Positions 1 through 9,104 of a stretch of DNA of 64,000 nt are shown in pieces. Numbering within the stretch: position 1 is the stretch's first letter; the number at the start of each line of letters is the position of its first letter. The stretch lies in the IMG/VR virus record IMGVR_UViG_3300032675_000009, positions 1 through 64,000 of that record; one strand, 5' to 3'. Position numbers and translations under genes: made by a program. The DNA comes from a virus. Below the pieces are notes generated by a model that had not been told where the DNA came from, ran no database searches, and was given only the letters and a program-made list of their open reading frames with translations.

Positions 1-23
1 ATTGATCGTCCAGTTGGCCCCAT

Positions 24-127
24 CCCCGATGCTGGCCGACTCCCCGATGCTGGCCGACTCCCCGATGCTGGCCGACTCCCCGATGCTGGCCGACTCCCCG
101 ATGCTGGCCCCCTTCCCGATGTTGGCT
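24..127 (-). repeat. 18-bp tandem repeat encoding hexapeptide (ASIGES)n, left-handed beta-helix type
   Basis: Unit ccccgatgctggccgact x4 plus degenerate copies; minus strand reads ANIGKG-ASIGES-ASIGES...-ASIGDG-ANWTIN and runs off the window edge. Confidence 0.8.
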
Positions 128-195
128 TGCGGGACGAAGACGGAGTGTACGAGGGCGATGACGATTCCAGCGAGGACATCTATGGTGCGGGCACA

Positions 196-312
196 TTAGG
201 CGGACGGAACAGCGGCTAACAGCTTGTCGAGTTCTTCCACGGCTTGCTCGATCCCAGGCCGAGACAACCGTAAGGCTTCGATACATTCCTGCTTGGGTTC
301 GTCTATTCTCAT
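196..312 (-). CDS. small hypothetical protein (38 aa)
   Basis: ATG overlaps the TGA of 309..689; MRIDEPKQECIEALRL...VPSA*. Confidence 0.45.
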   Translation of the reverse strand: MRIDEPKQECIEALRLSRPGIEQAVEELDKLLAAVPSA

Positions 313-689
313 TTGTGAATTCCTTTCAAGGCTGCGTTGACGCTGTAGAATCCAGGTTCATCCATAGCGTTCCGCACGGCAATAGCGGCTGAGTTGCCCT
401 CTCGGTTCATGGTGAACAGCCAATCGAGCTGGGCGCCCATCACGCACGCTTGCCGAAAGCAGGTGATGGTTTCGATGCGTTCGCCGTAGCGGTTATACTG
501 CCGGCCCTTGGTCTGCAAGAAACCTTCGAGTTCTACGCCGTTGGCGAGAACCTTATCGTGGCGATACCAGTAGCGCCGGGCCGGGAAAGTGTTGGTGTAG
601 CCTGTCTGCTTTTCACCGCGTCGGATTGAGAACGTGGCACGCTCCGGCGAGACGGCCGCAATGGTGGTGGAAGTCAGTTGCATGGTCAT
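309..689 (-). CDS. hypothetical phage protein
   Basis: Part of a tightly packed leftward gene string with ATGA overlaps. Confidence 0.65.
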   Translation of the reverse strand: MTMQLTSTTIAAVSPERATFSIRRGEKQTGYTNTFPARRYWYRHDKVLANGVELEGFLQTKGRQYNRYGERIETITCFRQACVMGAQLDWLFTMNREGNSAAIAVRNAMDEPGFYSVNAALKGIHK

Positions 690-973
690 CGGCTAACCTC
701 CAAGGCGTTCAAGGCGAAGAGTTCGACAAGTTCCCTTGCGTCGTTCTCGGTCTTGCAGGAACGGTGATCGTAGCGACTGCCAACCATAACGACAGTCCAG
801 CCGCCAGATGAGTAATCCTTGCGATAGTGTCCGATGACCTCCGGCTCGGGATTGCGTTTAATCAAGCGCATCCAGTGGGATGCTTCGGAAAGGCAATCCC
901 AGTAATACTCACCGTCAATGATCTGCTGCTGTAGCGGCGACGGTTTCCCATCGGTGCGAACGTAGTTAGGCAT
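686..973 (-). CDS. hypothetical phage protein (likely start MPNYVRT)
   Basis: 3' part of ORF 686..1186; start overlaps the stop of 966..1511. Confidence 0.55.
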   Translation of the reverse strand: MPNYVRTDGKPSPLQQQIIDGEYYWDCLSEASHWMRLIKRNPEPEVIGHYRKDYSSGGWTVVMVGSRYDHRSCKTENDARELVELFALNALEVSR

Positions 974-1511
974 TGTTGGCCTCCTGCCAGAGTTCATCCA
1001 CGCATTGCCCGCAGATTTCGTCACGAATGGGGTCATCCGGTGGACCACCGAACTGTTCTGCGCCGATCGGAAAGCCGCAGCGTGGACAGTGGGCTTCGGT
1101 CTTGAGTTCCGGCGGGCAGTTGGCATCCAAATACGTTTTCCGTATGGCCGCAGCCAACTCAGGGAAAGGAACGCTGTAGTCATCATTCAACTCCGTGGCA
1201 GGGACGCCATCAGCGTTGGCAGTCCCAAGATCGCGCACGGGTTTGAGTATTGGATTCTGCGCTAAGCCAAGCCAATTGAACACTGGTTCAGGAAGGAAAT
1301 CACTTGCGGTAATCCTGTCCTCGCCCTCGCCGATGACATAGCAGCCGTCCTCCCAATCGCCAAGGCCCGAGATCTCGCAGGCCACACCCAAAACGCAGAA
1401 GTAGCCGTCATCAAAGAGCGCCCCAGGCATCTGCCTGAACTTCCCACTCTCAAGTGCTTGGCACCACTGTTCGATGTGTTGTTTCTGCTCTTCGGTAAGT
1501 CCTCTTGGCAT
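966..1511 (-). CDS. hypothetical phage protein with C-terminal CxxC...CxxC
   Basis: W..AL.SG...Q..G.L....FC.LGVAC motif recalled from small phage proteins; SD GGAGG upstream. Confidence 0.7.
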   Translation of the reverse strand: MPRGLTEEQKQHIEQWCQALESGKFRQMPGALFDDGYFCVLGVACEISGLGDWEDGCYVIGEGEDRITASDFLPEPVFNWLGLAQNPILKPVRDLGTANADGVPATELNDDYSVPFPELAAAIRKTYLDANCPPELKTEAHCPRCGFPIGAEQFGGPPDDPIRDEICGQCVDELWQEANNA

Positions 1512-1514
1512 GGC

Positions 1515-1838
1515 TTAGGCAGCCTCCCGCTTGTCAATCTGGAAGTTGAACCTTCCATGGCACTCGTTAGTCATGTCTTCGTAGAACTTCACGTGAGTGA
1601 TAGCGTTGATGTACGTAATGAGAACGTACCCACCAGAAGCACTCTCCAGCCGGCCGAAAGTGTACTGGTACACTTGGTCAGCGTCAGCGTAGGGTGAATG
1701 GTCTGATTCCTTCACCGTACAACTGAAGTCAAACGTATTGTTCATGGCATCCTGAACAACATGCGTCAGGATCATTCTCTCTTTGTCGGAAGCCTTGTAG
1801 GCTGCTTCCAGGTCCGCATAGCTGAGCTTGCGTGGCAT
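1515..1838 (-). CDS. hypothetical phage protein
   Basis: AGGAG SD upstream; first gene after a predicted promoter. Confidence 0.7.
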   Translation of the reverse strand: MPRKLSYADLEAAYKASDKERMILTHVVQDAMNNTFDFSCTVKESDHSPYADADQVYQYTFGRLESASGGYVLITYINAITHVKFYEDMTNECHGRFNFQIDKREAA

Positions 1839-1877
1839 TGGGTGAAACTCCTAAGCGCCGAATGAGTCGGCAAGATC

Positions 1878-1906
1878 ATCATGCGCCAATTTCGCCAGGT
1901 CGTCAA
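1878..1906 (-). promoter_or_regulatory. sigma70-type promoter
   Basis: Minus strand TTGACG-N17-CATGAT. Confidence 0.5.
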
Positions 1907-2235
1907 GATTTTTTTCTCCCTCGCGCGCGTTGGCTACGGTCGCCGGCTTGGGTTAGTTTCGAGACAGCCAGTACGTTACTTCGCAGTCGTGGCCAACCCT
2001 GAACGTAACCAAAAAGTACCTGTGCGCCCTACAGCGTGGCCCATCGCAATTGCAACCCAGGGCGCTTAGGCAATAGGCAAGCGGTAGTCTAAGGCGTCGT
2101 GTTGCCATTCGCCTTCGAGTTATTTTCCCGTACCCTTGCCTCATCGATTAGCCTGTTCACAGCGTACTCCAAGCCACGCACGTAAGGGAAAAACCTGAGG
2201 AGCCATAGCAGCATCCTGCGGATATTGTAGCGGAC

Positions 2236-2335
2236 GCAGGGCTCGGTTGCGGCACTGTCCGATCCTCGCGCATGAGTCTAAGGTAAACGTTTATCCATGC
2301 GGGGCTCGGTTGCGGCACTGTCCGATCCTCGCGCA
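2236..2335. repeat. two 37-bp direct repeats separated by 26 bp
   Basis: gc(a/g)gggctcggttgcggcactgtccgatcctcgcgca at 2236-2272 and 2299-2335. Confidence 0.85.
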
Positions 2336-2443
2336 CAATCCAGCGCTCCATTTGCGCGCATCCATGATCTTCGCTCGCTCAGCCCGCATTTTACCATCTT
2401 CGCCTTTTCTTTATTTTTTTTGCGGTCAGGCCTTACTTTTCTG

Positions 2444-2472
2444 TTGACTTTCAAAACAGCTAGCTGTAAATT
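2444..2472 (+). promoter_or_regulatory. sigma70-type promoter
   Basis: TTGACT-N17-TAAATT followed by TAAGGAG SD and ATG 2496. Confidence 0.55.
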
Positions 2473-2495
2473 AGGTGATGTAAGGAGATTTTAAT

Positions 2496-2762
2496 ATGCA
2501 AGAAATACTGCCCGAGGGATTCGGCCTGGGCTCACCAGAGGCCTGCCTACCAAGCAAAGTGATGGATGCTAGGGAGTTGGAAAGCATCCTGGAAGCGCGC
2601 CGGAACGCGCGCTACCCTGGCGGGGATGTGGCGGTGCTTAGCGCCGCCGAAATAATGGCGCTAAGCACCGCCGGAGTCATCTTCGTCAACGGCGAAGATG
2701 ACCGCTTCGCGGCCCTCACTGCCCACTTCCCCGATGGGGGTACGGTCGAAGGTATCTACTAG
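2496..2762 (+). CDS. hypothetical protein
   Basis: Own promoter and strong SD. Confidence 0.6.
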   Translation: MQEILPEGFGLGSPEACLPSKVMDARELESILEARRNARYPGGDVAVLSAAEIMALSTAGVIFVNGEDDRFAALTAHFPDGGTVEGIY

Positions 2763-3190
2763 CGAAGGCGCTGGCGGCGGGCACTGCTGCGTTCGGCATC
2801 CTGCCGCCGGAGTCGATCCAGAAACCAGCGCTCGATTGTGGCCGGGGAAAGCCCTTCCCGCTTTCCCAGCCGGCTGCGGCTGATGCCGTCGAAATGCTTC
2901 TCCGATACCGCACGACGAAACGATTCCGTCGCCCGCAATCGCGGCAGGATCCCCGGGAACCTCTGCCAGAAGCTCTTTCCGCATCCCAGACACTTCCACT
3001 TCCGGCTCACCAGCTCCAGCATGCAATGCCGGGTTCCCCAGCTCTCATGCCGCGGCTGCCGCAACCGTTTGTCCCGTAGCCGCAGCCTTTCCCCTTGGCA
3101 GTGCGGGCACTCTACCTTCCCCCGGTATACCGCCCGGATCCCCACCACCCCACGCTTCTCTTCAATCCCGCTAATCTCATAGTCGGGCAA
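2759..3190 (-). pseudogene. truncated ISL3-family transposase (zinc finger + HTH only)
   Basis: CPHC...RKWKCLGCGKSF (zf-ISL3) then HTH (SRSRLGKREGLSPATIERWF); stops before the DDE domain. Confidence 0.8.
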
Positions 3191-3509
3191 GCCGATTATC
3201 GCTTCTGTGCCTTGAGTAGTGCTAGACTAGCTAGCACTAGCGTGGAAGCGGGAAATGCGGAGATTTGGCGCGGGAAGCTCAGATGCCGGAACCGCAAAAA
3301 GAGGCGATCTGAGGGGCATTTGAAGCACTTCGGGATGTCGCGGCACGTCTCGCTACCTCCGATTGCGCCATGAGGCGGAAAACTGGCAAGGCGCGGCGAT
3401 TCCGTAAGCGGGTTCGTCCGGATTCGGACAATGGGGCGGGCCCGAAACGCGGAAACGCCCCTGCTACCGGAGACCGATAGCAGGGGCGTTTGGATGCGCC
3501 TAGACGTGA

Positions 3510-3543
3510 AAAAGCCCTGCTAGCTTGCACTAGCAGGGCGTTG
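3510..3543 (-). terminator. intrinsic terminator hairpin
   Basis: gccctgctag-cttgca-ctagcagggc with aaaa on the left (U-tract on minus strand), just downstream of 3569..4180. Confidence 0.6.
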
Positions 3544-3568
3544 GTAGGGTGTGGAATTGAGAGCGGGA

Positions 3569-4180
3569 CTAGCTAGCCAGTTTGGCTTTGACCTGTTCGA
3601 GCGTCAGCTCCGATCCTGCCTTTTGGGTGAATTGGCTGTAGTTGGCAACCAGAAACTCGCGCACGGCCTTGCACTGACTTTCGCTGAATAGTGCTACGGC
3701 TCCGCTGAGATAAGCCGTGATGGGGAAGCGATTCAGTCCGTATATGCTGAGAGCGCCACCTGGAGATTTTTCGCCTGTTGGCTTACCGTTCTTATCCTTC
3801 CGCTCCGTTCCGCCTGCGCTCACTTTGAGGGTAATCTTCCCAGCGGCATTGCGTTCCCGGGCCGCCTCGAGGTAAGCAACTCGCGCACTGAGATAGGCTA
3901 GCTCGCCCTGCGTGCCTAACGGAAAATCAGCGCGGATCGGGTTGAGCAATGCAGGTTTTCCTGCTCTCTTGCGCGCTTCAATCTCCGCGTTTTCCCTGGC
4001 CTCCAAGAGCGCAAACTCTTGATCCTCAATGATTTCTTCAATGGTTTCTCCCTTGCCCATGCGAGCAAGGATATCATCGGCTGATACGCCTAGGCTGATG
4101 GCCCTGGACATAAGAGCCTGAGCCTTTGCGGTAGCCTTATCGGCTTGGGTGTTGCTGAGTGCTGTCTGTGGTGTTGCCAT
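3569..4180 (-). CDS. hypothetical protein
   Basis: 203 aa, AAAGGA SD, followed by terminator. Confidence 0.7.
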   Translation of the reverse strand: MATPQTALSNTQADKATAKAQALMSRAISLGVSADDILARMGKGETIEEIIEDQEFALLEARENAEIEARKRAGKPALLNPIRADFPLGTQGELAYLSARVAYLEAARERNAAGKITLKVSAGGTERKDKNGKPTGEKSPGGALSIYGLNRFPITAYLSGAVALFSESQCKAVREFLVANYSQFTQKAGSELTLEQVKAKLAS

Positions 4181-4658
4181 GGTTGTAAGTTCCTTTTCTG
4201 AGGTTTAGTATTAGTGTGCCTCATACGGCGCACCGGGAGTGCCAATGCACCGAAGTGGCACGCTACCTACCAGTAGAGGACTGAGGCCCCCAAACTGATC
4301 ACCCTACACCCTGCCAGCCTCAGGACCGAGACGCATTCCGCTCGTTCGCGTTTGTCCGGCACGTCCACCTGCGCGATCTCACGCCGTGGCTTGCGTTCAG
4401 GGCCATCCGGCGAGATATCCCGCGCCTTGGACTCCTCCATCAGCGGCAAGCAAGCTAACAATTGCCGCTCTTGTACCGATGTTGGCCATTGCGTTAGAGG
4501 CATGAGGCCTCCATACGTCGGCGGCTAAGTATGGCGGACCGCTTCGCGGCGCGCTCGGGCAGCCTCTCTATCATCTCGCGCAGCGGCGAGCTCTCTACAA
4601 CCTTACTTCCATCTCTCATTGTGTCTCCTTCTCAGTCCGTAACGCCGGACCTGATGAG

Positions 4659-4688
4659 AGCATAACCGAGCCGTCAACGGATTGTCAA
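4659..4688 (-). promoter_or_regulatory. leftward sigma70-type promoter
   Basis: Minus strand TTGACA-N18-TATGCT. Confidence 0.5.
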
Positions 4689-4708
4689 GCAAAAATGTGG
4701 ATTCGCCG

Positions 4709-4721
4709 CAAGTGGTTGATT
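4709..4721 (-). promoter_or_regulatory. IHF consensus site
   Basis: Minus strand AATCAACCACTTG matches WATCAANNNNTTR. Confidence 0.45.
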
Positions 4722-4990
4722 TTAAAGGGCATTCGTTAAGGTTGTGGGTTGTGTGTAGTGTCCGCCTAGTAGCAGGGTATCCATAGATTGCATCACTAGC
4801 CATCACGTGATGCTAGGGGCATACGATGCCATCCGCTGCCATCGCTAGACATCACATGCCATCGCCATCACGTGATGTATATAGGGGAGAGGCACAGGGG
4901 GTAGCTCCTCTTAGCCAGGGCGGCCGGCGGGAAAAGATCGTCTCCAGTGTGGCCTCACACAAAAAAAATAAAAAAACAGAATCCAATCTG

Positions 4991-5020
4991 TTGACAATTA
5001 TCTGACATCACATGTAATCT
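4991..5020 (+). promoter_or_regulatory. rightward sigma70-type promoter
   Basis: TTGACA-N18-TAATCT preceded by an A-tract (UP-element-like). Confidence 0.5.
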
Positions 5021-5078
5021 AGTGATGTCGATTACACATGATGCTTTTTATCCATACGGTGGAGAAAGGTAACCGAAA

Positions 5079-5986
5079 ATGAACAGTTGGCATGGTTACC
5101 CGTCGCTTTACAACTTGGGGCGCAGGGCGATAGAGCGGTTGTTGAAGGTGCCAGTAAATGTGGAGGAGAAGGTGGATGGGTCGCAGTTCTCGTTTGGAGT
5201 GACTGAGGCGGGGGAGATTAAGGTTCGGTCGAAAGGGGCGCAGTTGAATGTGGTTGCGCCGGAGAAGATGTTTGCGAGAGCGATCGATGTGGTGAAGGAG
5301 TTGGCGCCGAGCCTGACGCCTGGATGGACTTACCGGGCGGAGTATTTGGCGAAGTCGAAGCACAATTCGTTGATGTATAGCCGGGTACCGGTGAAGCACC
5401 TGATCGTGTTCGATGTGTGTGTGGGGGAGGAGGCGTATCTCTCTTATGGGGACAAGGCGGCAGATGCGGGGCGGATTGGGTGGTGCCGCTGTTGTTCTCG
5501 GGGATGTTGGAGGATGTGGAGGTGTTGAGGAAGTTGTTGGACACCGAGAGCATCTTGGGTGGGCAGAAGATTGAAGGCGTGGTGGTGAAGCCGGCGGATT
5601 ACGGGTTGTACGGGGAGGATAAGAAGGTCCTGCTGGGGAAGTTTGTGAGTGAAGCGTTTAAGGAGATCCACGCGGTGGAGTGGAAGAAAACGAACCAGTC
5701 GCAGGGGGACATCTTGGAGATGTTGAAAGAGGAGTACCGGAGTCCGGCTCGGTGGCAGAAGGCGGTGATTCATCTCCGGGAGCGGGGGCTGATTGAGAAC
5801 TCTGCGCGGGACATCGGCTTGTTGATTAAAGAGGTGAGCTCGGATATTGACGCGGATAGTAAGGAAGCGATCAAGGAGCAGTTGTTTCAGTGGGCGTGGC
5901 CGCATATCCAGCGGGCGTCGACGGCGGGATTGCCGGAGTGGTATAAGGAGCAGTTGTTGATGTCGCAGTTTGAGGTAGGCGAGTGA
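5079..5986 (+). pseudogene. RNA ligase (Rnl2-like nucleotidyltransferase), frameshifted near 5480
   Basis: Motif I EEKVDGSQ, YRAEY, IVFDV in 5079..5528; EGVVVK and LLGKFV continue in 5417..5986. Confidence 0.75.
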
Positions 5987-6171
5987 GGTTCACGTTCACG
6001 ATAGAGGAGGAGCAGCACCGGGCGTTAGTGGAGAGAGCGGAAAAGACGGGGGTGCCGGTGGCAGAGCAGGTCAGGCGGGGAGTGGGGATGTGGTTGGAGT
6101 CTGCGCGATCAGTGGGTGAGGGGGAGGAAGAGGATATGCCGGCGTTTGAGGGGCCTGGAAGGGGAAAGTGA
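5983..6171 (+). CDS. ribbon-helix-helix DNA-binding protein
   Basis: Alternating strand RFTFTI then helices HRALVERAEKTG / VAEQVRRGV. Confidence 0.6.
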   Translation: MRFTFTIEEEQHRALVERAEKTGVPVAEQVRRGVGMWLESARSVGEGEEEDMPAFEGPGRGK

Positions 6172-6623
6172 ATAACACGGAATTGGAGATGTATAGAAGG
6201 GGAGTCAGTCAGATCATTAGGGATGTGTCGCGTATTTACGAGAAGTTGGGTGGGTACAAGATTGAGTTATTGGATGCGACGGCGTTGCTGGATGAATTAG
6301 AGGGGGGGCCGAGCCAGCATGTAGCGGATTTGGATCGTATACAGGCATCGATGAACGCATTGTGCCTGGCGGAGAGGATGTTGGCGGAGGCGATTCGGGA
6401 TGAGGTGGTGAGTCGCAACGAGGTGGTCATTAATAAGGCGGATAGAGCAAGGCGCCTGCGGATTTGGGAGGTGGGGATGTCGATGGCGGCGGCAATGATG
6501 TTTCCGGTAATGGTGTCTTGGGGTGTTGTTGCACTGGCGTGGTATGTGGGAGTGGGGGTGGTTTTAGGTGGGAGCTGGCTGCTGTGGGTTGACATTGAAG
6601 GATTGTGGGGGGAAAAGCAATGA
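6168..6623 (+). CDS. hypothetical membrane protein
   Basis: Two C-terminal hydrophobic segments; overlapping start/stop. Confidence 0.55.
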   Translation: MNNTELEMYRRGVSQIIRDVSRIYEKLGGYKIELLDATALLDELEGGPSQHVADLDRIQASMNALCLAERMLAEAIRDEVVSRNEVVINKADRARRLRIWEVGMSMAAAMMFPVMVSWGVVALAWYVGVGVVLGGSWLLWVDIEGLWGEKQ

Positions 6624-6805
6624 ACCGCGACGGCTGGAACGCTGGCTTGTTCATCGTGCAGTGCCCTCCCGAGTGCGACTGCGAACAGTGCATTGCCGAC
6701 CGCGAGATCATCCACACAAGAAGCGCCGTCACGGTGGTGGAGCTGGTCGGCTACGCGGCAATTGCAGCGGTGATTGCGCTGGTGATGTATCTGGGGGTGC
6801 AGTGA
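6620..6805 (+). CDS. small membrane protein
   Basis: ATGA overlap; Cys cluster and C-terminal TM helix. Confidence 0.5.
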   Translation: MNRDGWNAGLFIVQCPPECDCEQCIADREIIHTRSAVTVVELVGYAAIAAVIALVMYLGVQ

Positions 6806-7044
6806 TGGCGCAGCAGATCAAGTTCACATGCGACGGATGCGGGGCGGAACGGAAGCAGGCCAACCACTGGTTCACGACTCGGGTAAAGGACGATGGCATC
6901 ATCATTGACGCTTTTGATCCCTTTCTTGATGCTAATGGAAACTACGAGCACTACTGTGGCGAGTCATGCCTCATCGCTCGCGTGTCCAAGTTCCTCGCGG
7001 AACTCAAGAAGAAGTCGGACGAATTAAGGACGGTGCCAGTATGA
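6805..7044 (+). CDS. small zinc-binding protein
   Basis: MAQQIKFTCDGCG...HYCGESC; TGATG overlap. Confidence 0.55.
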   Translation: MAQQIKFTCDGCGAERKQANHWFTTRVKDDGIIIDAFDPFLDANGNYEHYCGESCLIARVSKFLAELKKKSDELRTVPV

Positions 7045-7135
7045 TTAGCTTGGCTGGCTACCCGGAAGAAACGATGCGCGGGCTGTTCATTGATCCGCCG
7101 GCCAACCTGATCCTGCCCGAAGACTGGAGAGTGAA

Positions 7136-7606
7136 ATGAACAACGACAAAGTACGCCCGATGGACACGCATGAGTGGCTGTCAATATTGAAGGCGGCGCG
7201 CGATGAGGCTGAGTTCAAGGTAATTGAGCAGATCAAGAATGAAGCATTTCAGTGCGGCGTGAACCGGGGAAGAGTAACGATGTTTGATATGGAAGCGCAT
7301 TTGATTCGACAGCGCGAGTTTTCGAGGAAAACGTTCGGCCCAGGCACTCGGACCAAGGGAGTAATTGACCACATCCGCAAAGAGCTTAATGAGATTGAAG
7401 CCGACCATCAGGATGTTTGCGAATGGGTGGATGTCATCATTCTGGCGTTTGACGGCGCATGGAGGGCCGGATGGGAGCCCCGCGATATTATCCAAGCCAT
7501 AGTGGCGAAGCAAACCAAGAACGAATCGCGCACTTGGCCCGACTGGCGCACGGCATCCCCGGATCACGCGATAGAACATGTGCGTGGCGTTAAGGAGGAA
7601 GCGTGA
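7136..7606 (+). CDS. dATP/dGTP pyrophosphohydrolase (DUF550, MazG-like/MazZ family)
   Basis: FS.KTFGPG.R..GVIDHIRKEL.EI...EWVDVIILAFDGAWRAG...R.WPDWR...AIEHVR signature. Confidence 0.85.
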   Translation: MNNDKVRPMDTHEWLSILKAARDEAEFKVIEQIKNEAFQCGVNRGRVTMFDMEAHLIRQREFSRKTFGPGTRTKGVIDHIRKELNEIEADHQDVCEWVDVIILAFDGAWRAGWEPRDIIQAIVAKQTKNESRTWPDWRTASPDHAIEHVRGVKEEA

Positions 7607-7824
7607 GAGATCCCCGGATAGACCCGATGCCCGGCGACGTGGTGCGGGCGAAGCGAACCCGACGAGTGATGACAGTAGCCAAATCCCATTTGGGAAATTA
7701 CCCGTCAGCGTTGATCTTTGAAGGCACGTGTGGATATTCCACACGTGGAGTAATTTCACTCTCCCAGTGGCGCAAGTGGGCGGCAAACGCGGAAGTAATT
7801 GAAAGGGGCGACGATGCCAAGTAA
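7603..7824 (+). CDS. hypothetical phage protein
   Basis: Strong SD, GTGA overlap; RDPRIDP.PGDV N-terminus. Confidence 0.6.
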   Translation: MRDPRIDPMPGDVVRAKRTRRVMTVAKSHLGNYPSALIFEGTCGYSTRGVISLSQWRKWAANAEVIERGDDAK

Positions 7825-8203
7825 GCCGAAGTTTAGCGAGGCCGATGTTACGGCGCAGGTGCGCTCCTACCTTGAAGCGATGGGCTGGCGTGCGATCCGG
7901 ATGCAACGCACGGTGATGAAGGGGCAGTTCCAGACAGGCGAGCCAGGGATGGCGGACTGCCTGTTTCTGCGATACCCCAAGCGTGGGGGTACTGGCGGTA
8001 TTTGTGCGCACCTGTGGATCGAGTTCAAGGCACCCGGCAAGCTCGCTAATTGCATTTGCGCCACAAAGAAGCCACGGCAACGCTGTACGGCCTGCGATCA
8101 GTTCGCATGGCAGACCGAAGAGCGCCGGCGCGGCGCCGTGGTCTGGCAGGTAGACGACTACGAGCAGTTCTGCGCGCGGTACAGATTGGAGTTTGGACAG
8201 TGA
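7814..8203 (+). CDS. VRR-NUC / PD-(D/E)xK nuclease
   Basis: EADV...GEPGMAD...WIEFKAPG...Q..W pattern, with a Cys insertion. Confidence 0.75.
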   Translation: MPSKPKFSEADVTAQVRSYLEAMGWRAIRMQRTVMKGQFQTGEPGMADCLFLRYPKRGGTGGICAHLWIEFKAPGKLANCICATKKPRQRCTACDQFAWQTEERRRGAVVWQVDDYEQFCARYRLEFGQ

Positions 8204-8464
8204 CCACACTAAAGCGCATGGATAAGCCCGTCACGGGTGATTTGCCCAATCGACCATACATGAAAACCCTCGACCGCATATTGCAAATGGGCGGCGCGGC
8301 ATCGGCATTGAGTTGAAGCCATCCTACTTCCGGCAGGCCGTCAATAACTGCGCAAACGTGCAAGCGGTCGGCTGGGGTGAAGATACGCAAGAAGAACTGT
8401 TTCAGGGCGATCCCATCGAAGCCGCGCGTTAGACGATTTTGCGGTACAACCAAACGAGGACAAC

Positions 8465-8821
8465 ATGAAAATAGACGAATTGACCATTGGAGAAGCAAAA
8501 CAGCTTGCCGCGATTTTTTCGGCTGGCTCAACTGAGACGAAACACCCAATGATGGGGCGTCGGTGCTTGATCCGCACGTATAGCGCCGGGGTTCATGTCG
8601 GCGACGTGGTGCACATCAAAGACATGGAGGTACAACTTAAAAACTCCCTGCGATTGTGGAAATGGGAAGGCGGTGGGCTTTCGCTTTCGGCAGTAGCCAA
8701 GAACGGAATCAAGGGAGGCCGCCTAGATCAGACTGGAGAAGTTTACTTGACTAATGTAATCGAGTTCATCCCGACAACGCCGGAGGCCGAAGCAACCTAT
8801 GTCAAATTCATTGAAAAATAG
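8465..8821 (+). CDS. conserved phage protein (DUF6948-like)
   Basis: IRTYSAGVH.G...RLWKW...SLSAVA..G motif; GAGG SD. Confidence 0.7.
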   Translation: MKIDELTIGEAKQLAAIFSAGSTETKHPMMGRRCLIRTYSAGVHVGDVVHIKDMEVQLKNSLRLWKWEGGGLSLSAVAKNGIKGGRLDQTGEVYLTNVIEFIPTTPEAEATYVKFIEK

Positions 8822-9104
8822 GAATCACGGCTACGGCGACGGCTCCGGCTCCGGCTACGGCTCCGGCTACGGCTACGGCTCCGGCGACGGCGACGGCTCC
8901 GGCTCCGGCTACGGCTCCGGCTACGGCTACGGCTCCGGCGACGGCTCGTGCTCCGGCTACGGCTACGGCTCCGGCGACGGCTCCGGCTCCGGCTCCGGCG
9001 ACGGCTCCGGCTCCGGCTCCGGCTACGGCTACGGCTCCGGCTCCGGCTCCGGCTCCGGCGACGGCGACGGCTCGTGCTCCGGCGACGGCGACGGCTCGTG
9101 CTAA
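8799..9104 (+). CDS. Gly-Ser/Tyr/Asp dipeptide-repeat protein
   Basis: (GSG/GYG/GDG)n from a 6-bp microsatellite; overlaps the 3' end of the DUF6948-like gene. Confidence 0.55.
   Translation: MSNSLKNRNHGYGDGSGSGYGSGYGYGSGDGDGSGSGYGSGYGYGSGDGSCSGYGYGSGDGSGSGSGDGSGSGSGYGYGSGSGSGSGDGDGSCSGDGDGSC

Noticed and set aside
2236-2335. Bona fide CRISPR array
   Set aside because: Only two repeats, no cas genes and no recognised repeat end; kept only as a weak finding.
7181-8209. 342-aa minus-strand ORF
   Set aside because: Shadow of the DUF550 and VRR-NUC genes, which carry real motifs.
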